Shown here in pieces: positions 9,271 to 17,442 of a stretch of 60,241 nt of DNA; position 1 is the stretch's first letter, and each line of letters starts with the position of its first letter. Both the position numbers and the translations under genes were made by a program. Origin of the DNA: an uncultured Candidatus Saccharibacteria bacterium (lineage in GTDB: Bacteria; Patescibacteriota; Doudnabacteria; UBA920). The stretch is taken from assembly GCA_964642585.1 (NCBI GenBank), contig CAZXPB010000002.1:1-60241 (forward strand), read 5' to 3'. The notes under the pieces were generated by a model. That model was not told the origin of the DNA, did not search any database, and saw only the letters and a program-made list of their open reading frames with translations.

Positions 9271-9729
9271 TCAATATTCCATCCGTTGCCATTTAGCCTG
9301 GTCAACCAGCGATTTTTTCGGCAAAAGCAACTGTTCTTCAAGACTACTCAGCTGATTTAGCGAAGCTTCACTGGCGTAGACTTTTGTGCTTTCAATCAAA
9401 CCCACTGAAATGGATTGGCTCGCAAAATCCTTTTCAATTATTTTCTCTGGGAAAATTTGTCGGAACCTCGTAGTCAAGCTTTCAAAGTCCTCTTGAGAAA
9501 TTTCCGACTGACAAGCATACTGATCTACCACACGACATTCAAAAGTCATCGTGCCGTCGAACAAGATATCTTCTTTGTCACCACTAATGAATGTATGACC
9601 ATCGGTAATTCGTAGGTGCAAAAAAGTGTCAGCATCATTCTCAGTTTTTTTAAAGACCTGACTACTTTTAACGAATGAGTTTCCTCCCTCGGGGACCGCG
9701 ATTGCCAATCGGAATAGTCCTTTAGACAT
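9271..9729 (-). CDS. Hypothetical protein
   Basis: 152-aa ORF with compact spacing to its neighbours. I recognised no motif. Confidence 0.5.
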   Translation of the reverse strand: MSKGLFRLAIAVPEGGNSFVKSSQVFKKTENDADTFLHLRITDGHTFISGDKEDILFDGTMTFECRVVDQYACQSEISQEDFESLTTRFRQIFPEKIIEKDFASQSISVGLIESTKVYASEASLNQLSSLEEQLLLPKKSLVDQAKWQRMEY

Positions 9730-9810
9730 AAAAATAAATCCTCCTAAACTTTCATACGGGACTTTATCTTAGCAGTTTTAGCGAATCTGTCAAAGTGTTA
9801 TACTGCATAC

Positions 9811-10605
9811 ATGATTGAAGAAACAAGCTACCAAGATAGCTCTGTAGCCAAAGAGTATTTAGAATTTACTAATTCTGAAAATGGCAAAATCCAACAGGAA
9901 GTAATTTTTGATGCCATTGCTGGTACTTTTTCCAGCAGTAAACTTTTGCAAGAAAAATCCTCTCTCACAATTTTAGATGCCGGTTGTGGCGGTGGTTGGT
10001 TAACCGCAAAATTATCTGAAACACTTGATGGTAATTCAAAAATAATAGGTTGTGATTTTTCAAAAGATTTAATTTCGTATGCCAAAGAAACTTACCCGCA
10101 AACTAAATTTCCAAATACAAAGTTTGAAGTCACTGATATCACTTCCCCGCTCCCATACACTGAAGATCAATTTGATGTTGTCATTTTCAACATGGCCGGC
10201 CACGATGTAAGCGACTTACCGGCGACTATGCAAAATTTGTCTAGGGTTTGTAAACCCAATGGAAAACTGTTAGTCACTATTGCAAACCCATACTATGCAT
10301 TCCCAGTTGGGGTCTGGAAACGCAGTCTACTAAGTGTGCTATTAAAACGAATGCCGAAATTAATACTAAGACCATATTTTGAATTTACTCGCGCAGAATC
10401 CAGAAAATTCCTATGGAATCAGTCCTTTCCCTCTTATTTCTATACAGTGCCTGAATATATCAATACAGCCAAACAAGCGAAGTTTTCTTTAGAAGAAATG
10501 CGGGATTTAGAAACAAAAAACAGTAGCGAGAATTTTGATCTTCGCTACCGCCTATTCCATTTTCCGATGCTTCTGTTCATGGTCTTCAAAAAAACTTTGG
10601 AATAG
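9811..10605 (+). CDS. Class I SAM-dependent methyltransferase
   Basis: 264 aa. Motif I is ILDAGCGGGWLTAKL. An acidic loop (GCDFS) and a post-I/II pattern (DVVIFNMAGHDV, GKLLVTI) are also present. Confidence 0.8.
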   Translation: MIEETSYQDSSVAKEYLEFTNSENGKIQQEVIFDAIAGTFSSSKLLQEKSSLTILDAGCGGGWLTAKLSETLDGNSKIIGCDFSKDLISYAKETYPQTKFPNTKFEVTDITSPLPYTEDQFDVVIFNMAGHDVSDLPATMQNLSRVCKPNGKLLVTIANPYYAFPVGVWKRSLLSVLLKRMPKLILRPYFEFTRAESRKFLWNQSFPSYFYTVPEYINTAKQAKFSLEEMRDLETKNSSENFDLRYRLFHFPMLLFMVFKKTLE

Positions 10606-11493
10606 TTTTTGTTTTCTATTATTAGGGTGGAAAGATAACTCGGAGTGGCTGTGAATAGTAAATTCACTTTGCTCTATTCTTGCTAGCTGAGCAGAAATCA
10701 CTTTACTTTCAAGCCAAAGCCCGATTTTATTCTTCAATAACTTTTCTAAAAAAATCTGTAAAGATGAGTGTTGCTCATCTTTTAATTTTGGCAAAGTAGC
10801 ATTTGGGAAGAATAATAAGATCCAGTCGTTATTTTCTAAAAATTCAGAATAGTTTTGAGGATAGATTAATGAACGAAACTTTAAATACTCAAAAGCAGTG
10901 TACAAGTTTCTATCATGTTTTAGAGAAATTGAGCCAGCTAAATAGTGATTCAGACAAAACCGATTAGCCACCTTGATTCCATGTCTACGGATGCCTAAAA
11001 TCTGAAAATATGTGGTTAGAAAAAACCTTGCTAAACCAATAAATTTTGGATCAGTGATCACAAACAGGTCAATGTCCGAGCTAGGTTTTTGTTGTCCTAA
11101 CGCCTGCGATCCGAGCAAAGCAATACTACGCACAAAAGGAATGTGGCGTGTAGGTTTGGCAAATCTACGGATTAACCGCTCTCTTTTTAAAGAGACAAAA
11201 TAACTTTTTGCGCGTTCTGCAATCAATGGTTCTCTGCCTACCAAAGTGTAAAAACCATTGTTTTGGAAAATTCTCCCTTCACGAGACAAAATATGCAACT
11301 GAGTTATGATGGTGTCAAAATGTACTTGAGGAGAAGTGACATCAAGTTTTTTTATTAATTCAAAATTAGAATCCAATTTAGTCTTTAAATTTAATGGGTC
11401 ACTGACTAAATATTTATGGACTTCTGTTGCTGTCGCTGGGATATTTTGTAAATCGAAAAACCGAATTGTAGCAAGAATACGATTAGCAAGCAT
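10552..11493 (-). CDS. Nucleotidyltransferase-domain protein (Pol-beta superfamily) with an N-terminal wHTH-like segment
   Basis: It has an ALLGSQALGQQKPSSDIDLFVITD NTase motif. I moved the start to ATG 11493 (MLANRILATIRFFD), which overlaps the upstream stop as TAATG. The track start at 11529 is probably an over-extension. Confidence 0.7.
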   Translation of the reverse strand: MLANRILATIRFFDLQNIPATATEVHKYLVSDPLNLKTKLDSNFELIKKLDVTSPQVHFDTIITQLHILSREGRIFQNNGFYTLVGREPLIAERAKSYFVSLKRERLIRRFAKPTRHIPFVRSIALLGSQALGQQKPSSDIDLFVITDPKFIGLARFFLTTYFQILGIRRHGIKVANRFCLNHYLAGSISLKHDRNLYTAFEYLKFRSLIYPQNYSEFLENNDWILLFFPNATLPKLKDEQHSSLQIFLEKLLKNKIGLWLESKVISAQLARIEQSEFTIHSHSELSFHPNNRKQKLFQSFFEDHEQKHRKME

Positions 11494-11840
11494 TATAGCC
11501 CCAAACTTTCCGCACGCACCTCTTCCCAATCACCGTAATCATTTTCTTTGTAAACACGAACTTTATGAGAAAACTCTGTATCTGATAATACATATTCGGT
11601 GCGGGCAGTATCACCTTGTCTGTGCGAATAATGCTGTTTTTTATCTAGCACGGCTGGCTTGTTTTCACGCACCACTTTATACATTTCGCCAGTGCCTGGC
11701 ATTTTGAACTCTACAACATTTCGAGTTCCATCTTCTACTAGAAAACCTTGTTTGTCTTCTAGCTTCTCAAGACTGATTCCGACATCTTCAAATCGGCCTT
11801 GAGCAGTCTCTACAAATTGTTCCCAACGTTCATCTGTCAT
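11493..11840 (-). CDS. Hypothetical protein (115 aa), translationally coupled to the NTase gene
   Basis: The ORF starts MTDERWEQFVETAQGRF. It lies 11 nt downstream of mutM, and its stop overlaps the next start. No motif recognised. Confidence 0.6.
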   Translation of the reverse strand: MTDERWEQFVETAQGRFEDVGISLEKLEDKQGFLVEDGTRNVVEFKMPGTGEMYKVVRENKPAVLDKKQHYSHRQGDTARTEYVLSDTEFSHKVRVYKENDYGDWEEVRAESLGL

Positions 11841-11851
11841 GGGTTTCTAAG

Positions 11852-12778
11852 TTAATGTTGCTCTTTTGGGCAGAAACTGGAAGTTCTTCCACCCATCTTC
11901 ATACTTTCAATTATTGTACCACAACCTAGGCAGGGCTGCTTTTTGCGACCGTAAACGAAATGGTGCTTACCCATACTTCCCCACCTCCCATCTGGCCTGA
12001 CGAAATCACCGACACTTGAACCTTTGTATTTAATCCCCATTTGTAAAACCGGTTTAATTTGCGCAAATACCGCTTTCAATTCTTTAGTGCTCAAACTATC
12101 TACCTGCCTATCTGGCAGGACGCGCGCATGATACAAAATTTCATCACTATAAATGTTTCCAATTCCCACAACAATTTTTGTGTCCATGAGCGCTAACTTG
12201 ATCGGAATTTTTTTACGGTTAGTAAGAGAATTTTTAAACACTTCAAAAGTAAAACTTTTCTCTAGCGGCTCTGGGCCGTAGTCTTTAAACTCTTTTACTT
12301 TATCCAGGTCTTCATCTTTCACAATTCGTAGATAACCAAACTGGCGCATGTCGTTGTAATACAAAGTTGAACCATCTGTAAAATGGAAAACTACATGGGT
12401 GAACTTGCAAGGTAGCTTTACCAGAGGCGCAGTGATCTTGTTTAGAATGCGGTATTTGCTGCCAGTTTTTTTCGCTTGAATTTTATCTTCAAAAATAAAC
12501 TGCCCTGTCATTTTTAAATGTGCCAATAGGGACAGTGGTCCATCTACATCAAAAATTAGCATTTTGCCTCGGCGGCGCACCGACAAAAACTTACGACCTT
12601 CTAAGAGACGCGCAAATTCGCCCACTGTTTTTTGATTTGTATTGCGGATGTTGCTCACAGTTTGAGGACCAATACTAATGATCTTACCCATGTTTACAAC
12701 TACGCGCTTAATTTTCCTATTTTTTAATTTTAGATTTAACGCAGACACAACGGTCTGTACCTCTGGAAGTTCTGGCAT
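11852..12778 (-). CDS. mutM: Formamidopyrimidine-DNA glycosylase (Fpg/MutM family)
   Basis: The start was reset to MPELPEVQTV at 12778 (the catalytic N-terminal Pro2/Glu3 motif). It has an H2TH region and a C-terminal zinc finger CLGC-x16-CPKEQH. Confidence 0.85.
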   Translation of the reverse strand: MPELPEVQTVVSALNLKLKNRKIKRVVVNMGKIISIGPQTVSNIRNTNQKTVGEFARLLEGRKFLSVRRRGKMLIFDVDGPLSLLAHLKMTGQFIFEDKIQAKKTGSKYRILNKITAPLVKLPCKFTHVVFHFTDGSTLYYNDMRQFGYLRIVKDEDLDKVKEFKDYGPEPLEKSFTFEVFKNSLTNRKKIPIKLALMDTKIVVGIGNIYSDEILYHARVLPDRQVDSLSTKELKAVFAQIKPVLQMGIKYKGSSVGDFVRPDGRWGSMGKHHFVYGRKKQPCLGCGTIIESMKMGGRTSSFCPKEQH

Positions 12779-12844
12779 ATTTTCAGTATGGCTGATTTCT
12801 AACCACCAAGCAAGCTCATAAATAGATAGTGTTATACTTAATAT

Positions 12845-14365
12845 ATGTCGGACTTCTTTAAATCCATCCCCCATAACTTTAATGCGAAAGACAAAGCTAT
12901 AATTGAGAAAGCTTTAGAGTTTGCCACAATTGCTCACAAAGATCAAAAGCGAAAAAGTGGCGAACCTTTTGTAATGCACCCAATTTCAGCAGCTATTATT
13001 TTGGGTCAAATATTTCCAGATACGGCGACAATTTGCGGTACCTTGCTGCACGATATTACTGAAGACACCAATACCACCGATGAAAATTTGAAACTGGAGT
13101 TTGGTGATGAAATCGCGAGTTTGGTAGATGGAGTTACAAAACTAGGTAAAGTCAGGCTTCGCAACAGCAAAGATGAATACTATGTAGAAAACTTGCGTAA
13201 AATGTTTATGGCAGTCAGTAAAGATGTCAGAGTTATGCTTATCAAACTTGCTGATAGATTGCATAACATGAGGACTATAAGTTCCCTTCCCAAAGATAAA
13301 CAGCTTAAAATTGCTACCGAGACTTTAGAGATGTATGCCCCAATTGCAGGCAGACTTGGAATTGGTGCATGGAAAGATGAGCTAGAAGATCTATCATTTA
13401 AAATTGTGGATCCTGAAAGTTACCGAGCAACAGCAGATTTACTAGAAGAGCGCCTTGCTGCAAGACAAAAAGGAACTAAGCAGATGCAAAAAGAGTTGGC
13501 CAGTATTTTGCGAATGGAAGGGATTAAGTTTCAAGACATCACAGGACGCACTAAACGGATTTATTCACTATATAAAAAATTACAGCGCTACGACAACGAC
13601 ATTAGTAAAATTTACGATAAAGTGGCGATGCGAATTATTACTAAATCTACTGCCGACTGTTACGCTGCTTTAGGTATTATCCATAAACATTTTAATCCCC
13701 TTCCCGGAAGAGTGAAAGATTTCATTGCGACCCCTAAACCAAATGGATATGAAAGTTTGCACACCACAGTGTTTGATAATGAAGGACGCACTTTTGAAGT
13801 GCAGATTCGTACCGACTTAATGCACGAAACTGCCGAGAGAGGAATTGCCGCGCATTGGTTTTACGAAGAACAAGGAAAAACTGACAAAATCCGCCGCGGA
13901 GCAAATTGGTTTAAGGAACTGCACGCTTGGCAAGAAGAAATGGCCAACAACCCAGATGAATTTTTAGAAGGGTTAAAAATTGATTTCTTTAAAGATAGAA
14001 TTTTCGTCCTTACCCCAAAAGGCGATGTGAAAGATTTACCAATTGGCGCTTCTATTATAGACTTTGCATTTTCGGTTCACTCAGATTTGGGATACCAGAT
14101 GTTAGGTGCAAAAATAAATGGAAAAATGGCTAAAATTACAGATGAGCTCAAGCAAGGAGATGTAGTGGAAGTGCTGAAGTCAAAAAAAGCTGCCACCCCA
14201 TCCAGAGATTGGTTGGCGGCTGCTAAAACTAGTAACGCGCGTGCACATATTCGTAAGTACCTTGCTGAGCATGACAAAGGTCTTTTCCAAAGAGTTCGTG
14301 AACTGAAACTTCAAGATTTTTCATCTCGCCTTCCAGGTCTTCCAACTTTCTTTAGAAAGAAATAA
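12845..14365 (+). CDS. rel: RelA/SpoT-homolog (p)ppGpp hydrolase/synthetase, ending shortly after the TGS domain
   Basis: 506 aa. The HD motif is HPISAAIIL...LHDITEDT. The synthetase motifs are YSLYKKL, GYESLHTTV and EVQIRTDLMH. The TGS motif is IFVLTPKGDVKDLPIGASIIDFAF. Confidence 0.9.
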   Translation: MSDFFKSIPHNFNAKDKAIIEKALEFATIAHKDQKRKSGEPFVMHPISAAIILGQIFPDTATICGTLLHDITEDTNTTDENLKLEFGDEIASLVDGVTKLGKVRLRNSKDEYYVENLRKMFMAVSKDVRVMLIKLADRLHNMRTISSLPKDKQLKIATETLEMYAPIAGRLGIGAWKDELEDLSFKIVDPESYRATADLLEERLAARQKGTKQMQKELASILRMEGIKFQDITGRTKRIYSLYKKLQRYDNDISKIYDKVAMRIITKSTADCYAALGIIHKHFNPLPGRVKDFIATPKPNGYESLHTTVFDNEGRTFEVQIRTDLMHETAERGIAAHWFYEEQGKTDKIRRGANWFKELHAWQEEMANNPDEFLEGLKIDFFKDRIFVLTPKGDVKDLPIGASIIDFAFSVHSDLGYQMLGAKINGKMAKITDELKQGDVVEVLKSKKAATPSRDWLAAAKTSNARAHIRKYLAEHDKGLFQRVRELKLQDFSSRLPGLPTFFRKK

Positions 14366-14418
14366 TTTCTGCATAACTTTAAGTTTTCTTGAACACACTT
14401 ATGCAATAATTTTGGAAT

Positions 14419-14490
14419 GGGCCGGGTTCCGGTGACTAGTGCTGCATTGACATCAGCGCTTTGGGGGTTCAACTCCCCTCCGGTCCACCA
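14419..14490 (+). ncRNA. Non-canonical tRNA-like RNA resembling a tmRNA tRNA-like domain (7-bp acceptor with G3-U70, T arm, ACCA end, no D stem, no anticodon arm)
   Basis: Hand fold: GGGCCGG/CCGGTCC acceptor, GGGGG-TTCAACT-CCCCT T arm, and a 7-bp stem with a 9-nt loop in place of the anticodon arm. An extended -10 TGCAATAAT lies at 14402-14410. Confidence 0.55.
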
Positions 14491-14494
14491 TGAC

Positions 14495-14523
14495 TTGACA
14501 TGGTTCTAAATATTTAATATCAT
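14495..14523 (+). promoter_or_regulatory. Near-consensus promoter TTGACA-17-TATCAT, 5 nt after the CCA of the tRNA-like RNA
   Basis: TTGACA at 14495-14500, a 17-bp spacer, TATCAT at 14518-14523. Confidence 0.6.
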
Positions 14524-14529
14524 TTGATT

Positions 14530-14597
14530 GTCAATGCAGCGCTTGCAGAATTAACTGCACAAAGCACTCAACCAAAAACCGCCTAACGGCGGTTTTT
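14530..14597 (+). ncRNA. Candidate ~70-nt small RNA whose 5' end is complementary to the tRNA-like RNA. It ends at the terminator shared with ndk.
   Basis: It is defined by the promoter at 14495-14523 and the hairpin AAAAACCGCC-TAAC-GGCGGTTTTT at 14574-14597. 14529-14543 pairs 15/15 with 14438-14452. Confidence 0.35.
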
Positions 14598-14610
14598 GGT
14601 TTTGAAGAAA

Positions 14611-15117
14611 CTATTTATTCAAAGTATGTTTTGTGTAAGAAGGTTCGTGCTGAACTAATTCTTCAGGGGTAAACCAAACCGCAATTTCTGTCTTAGCTTC
14701 TTCAACAGTTGCAGAACCATGAATTAAGTTGTAAAGCTTATTACTTTCACTACTATCTACATGTTTGAAAGAAACATGAGCGTAGTCGCCGCGAATAGTT
14801 CCTGGCGCAGATGATTTTGGCTCAGTACCACCAATCATTTTACGCACTAATTCTACAGCCTCAATCCCCTCAAGGACAATTGCAACTACCGGGCCAGAAG
14901 TAAGAATGTCGATCATTGCGTTACGAACATGTTCGCCGCGACGAATTGCCAAATCTTCGGTGTAATGCTTTGAGGCATGACCTTCTGTTGGTTGAAGTAA
15001 CTTCATTCCAACAATTTTTAAACCGACACGTTCGAAGCGTTGTAGGATCTCCCCTACCAATCCGCGTTCAAGTGCATCTGGTTTAAGTAGCACTAAACTT
15101 TGTTCTATTGTTTCCAT
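14611..15117 (-). CDS. ndk: Nucleoside diphosphate kinase
   Basis: 168 aa with LVLLKPDALERGLVGEI and NLIHGSA (active-site His) motifs. Confidence 0.9.
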   Translation of the reverse strand: METIEQSLVLLKPDALERGLVGEILQRFERVGLKIVGMKLLQPTEGHASKHYTEDLAIRRGEHVRNAMIDILTSGPVVAIVLEGIEAVELVRKMIGGTEPKSSAPGTIRGDYAHVSFKHVDSSESNKLYNLIHGSATVEEAKTEIAVWFTPEELVQHEPSYTKHTLNK

Positions 15118-15153
15118 AAAATATATTTAATATTTTAGTTAATTAAATTGAAA

Positions 15154-15906
15154 TTATTTATCAGATACAGTTGCTTTGGAAATGATGATCTTTGTTACCG
15201 GAGTTCCGTCTGTTGGACCCATTTGAGGAGTAATTTCCGCTGCTCCAATTTTGTCTACTACTTCAATTCCAGAAATCACTTTTCCAAAAATTGTGTAGTT
15301 GTGTGGTAATTGATTGTCAGCAAGCATTATGAAGAATTGGCTAGTGTTTGTGTTTGGACCACGGTTTGCCATTGCTAGCACACCTTTTTTGTAGCCAGCT
15401 TTAGCGCTTGGGGTGTTTGGATCTAATTCATCTGCAAATTCACCACCAAATGCACTCTCGCCACCACTACCAGTACCAGTTGGATCTCCACCTTGAATAA
15501 CAAAGCCTTTTGCAATACGGTGGAAAGTTAGACAATCATAATAACCGCTTTTGGAAAGCCTTAGGAAGTTTTCAACTGTTTTTGGTGCGTCTTTGTCGTA
15601 TAACTCTACTTTAATATCTCCGTGGCCTTCAACATTTAAAGTAACAACTTTATTTTTAATATCGATTGATTCTTGCATAAGTGTTTTATTTACTGATCTT
15701 GTACAAGACCCATCGGCCTTGTCTTTTGCTGTAGCCATTTCTTCTTGTGGTTTTGAATCTGCTGAGTCTGTGGAAGTTGATTCTGTTTTCGATTCGGAAT
15801 TTGTTTCTGACTTTACATCAGAGCCATTATTTTTGCTGATCCAAAAAATTAATCCCGCTCCTGCTAATACAACTAGTGCAACGATTACCCAATGTGATGT
15901 TTTCAT
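15154..15906 (-). CDS. Cyclophilin-type peptidyl-prolyl isomerase with an N-terminal membrane anchor
   Basis: Motifs are FHRIAKGFVIQGGDP, GVLAMANRGPNTNTSQFFI and HNYTIFGKV. The start was reset to MKTSHWVIVALV at 15906. Confidence 0.88.
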   Translation of the reverse strand: MKTSHWVIVALVVLAGAGLIFWISKNNGSDVKSETNSESKTESTSTDSADSKPQEEMATAKDKADGSCTRSVNKTLMQESIDIKNKVVTLNVEGHGDIKVELYDKDAPKTVENFLRLSKSGYYDCLTFHRIAKGFVIQGGDPTGTGSGGESAFGGEFADELDPNTPSAKAGYKKGVLAMANRGPNTNTSQFFIMLADNQLPHNYTIFGKVISGIEVVDKIGAAEITPQMGPTDGTPVTKIIISKATVSDK

Positions 15907-15937
15907 AGTGTTAAAATTATTTTTACTCAATGATTTT

Positions 15938-17392
15938 CTATATTTTATCATCAATTTTTACTTTTGGCAATTGATGATTTATTTTGATTTGTATATACCA
16001 AATTGCAACAATGTAGTACCCGATCCAAATCCACATTGGTAATTGCACACCAATGCTAGCAAATGGAATTTGTGAAAACTTTTCTGCAGCATAAATTACA
16101 AAAGAAGTGATGAGTGTTGTTGGGAACACAAAAACTTCTCCAAATACCGGAAGTAGTGACAGTGCACCAAAAAGCATGATCCAAGAAACAAATGGCAGTA
16201 CCACTAAATTTGCGACAGGGGCAATAACACTAAATGTATGAAAATGAATTGCAATAATAGGTGAGGTGAAAAAAATTGCACCGAGAGTTGGCCTCATTGT
16301 TTCTCCTAAAAAAGTTTGTTTTCTATCTGGATCTTCTAGAACGGAGGCATCGCGAAGTTTAAATGCAATTAATACTCCAAAAGTTGCAGACGCGCTCAAC
16401 TGAAAACCGATATCCCATATTACTATTCGTGGATTTTGAAAAACCATAATTGCACACACGATTAACAGCGCATGTAAACTTGCGTATTGCCTACCAAGTA
16501 GTTGCGCAGTAACCATAAGAACCGCCATCACCGCCGCGCGAACGACAGCCGCAGTCGCTCCCGTCACTACGACAAAAGCAAAAATCACGATTAGAGTGAG
16601 GACATTGGTCGCGCGGCGGCCAAAGTGCCATACTAGCGTTCCTAAAGCTGTAACAATAATCGTCATATTAAAGCCTGAAACAGCCACGATATGCGTCAGC
16701 CCTGTGGTTTTAAAAGCGTTACTTACCTCTTCGGGGATATTTTGTCTTTGTCCAATTAGCATTCCGACAATTAAGCTCCCCTCTTTTTCTGGAAATACCT
16801 TAGCCCTTTGTGAGATCATCTTTCTCAGACCCAATAAAGGTGCGCGCCACGAAAATCCCGCGCGCTGCAGGACTATCACTTTCGGTTTTTTTAAAACCCC
16901 ATAGACTTCATAGCGCTGTAAGTAGCCAATGTAATCAAATTCGCTGAAATTTTCTGGAAGCTGCACCTCACCGCGAATCCATACTCTATCTCCTTTGGAA
17001 ACATCTGGGATTGCAGTGTAAAGTCGGGCGCGTAAATTTTGTGTATAGCCGTCTGGCAGTAAAGTCAGTTGTTGCCCTCTGCCATTGGCACCGCTACCAT
17101 TAACTGGGTCTTGGGCAACAATTCCTTCTACATTAATCTCTGTTCCGATTGCATCCTCAAACTCGTTTCCTGAAAATGAAACATCAACATACCAATATCC
17201 AAAACCAATACCAAAGAATATAGAAAGTATTACCAATCCAACATCTACTTTCCAAAATAGAAGTAAAACAAAACCAACTAAACAACAAACTACAACCGTC
17301 AGTAAAACTGAAGTAGGAACTACTACCAAAGATCCAAGTCCTACTCCAAAAATGAAGCAACATAAAAAAATAGAGATATACTTTGGATTCAT
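15938..17392 (-). CDS. comEC: ComEC/Rec2-family DNA internalisation channel (no metallo-beta-lactamase domain)
   Basis: 484-aa polytopic protein with a TGLTHIVAVSGFNMTII motif. Confidence 0.8.
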   Translation of the reverse strand: MNPKYISIFLCCFIFGVGLGSLVVVPTSVLLTVVVCCLVGFVLLLFWKVDVGLVILSIFFGIGFGYWYVDVSFSGNEFEDAIGTEINVEGIVAQDPVNGSGANGRGQQLTLLPDGYTQNLRARLYTAIPDVSKGDRVWIRGEVQLPENFSEFDYIGYLQRYEVYGVLKKPKVIVLQRAGFSWRAPLLGLRKMISQRAKVFPEKEGSLIVGMLIGQRQNIPEEVSNAFKTTGLTHIVAVSGFNMTIIVTALGTLVWHFGRRATNVLTLIVIFAFVVVTGATAAVVRAAVMAVLMVTAQLLGRQYASLHALLIVCAIMVFQNPRIVIWDIGFQLSASATFGVLIAFKLRDASVLEDPDRKQTFLGETMRPTLGAIFFTSPIIAIHFHTFSVIAPVANLVVLPFVSWIMLFGALSLLPVFGEVFVFPTTLITSFVIYAAEKFSQIPFASIGVQLPMWIWIGYYIVAIWYIQIKINHQLPKVKIDDKI

Positions 17393-17442
17393 TCCATCAG
17401 TATATCTCTATGCGCCTCAAGAAAACTTAAAGTTTTTATGTG

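Noticed and set aside
11494-12874. Track start codons that extend ORFs upstream: fpg 12874, NTase 11529, PPIase 15954, DUF202 21375, grpE 44988, HAD 59387 and the small gene at 59789
   Set aside because: In each case a downstream ATG gives the conserved N-terminus (for example MPELPEV for Fpg), removes an overlap with the neighbouring gene or regulatory element, or lies downstream of the predicted transcription start.
14419-14490. An ordinary tRNA (tRNA-Ala, or tRNA-Ser with UGA in the loop) or a circularly permuted two-piece tmRNA gene
   Set aside because: There is no D stem. The central stem closes a 9-nt loop with a pyrimidine at the position 37 equivalent. There is no long variable arm for Ser and no UGC/GGC anticodon for Ala. 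For a permuted ssrA, a GGGG-type 5' acceptor strand should follow the CCA, and none is present downstream.
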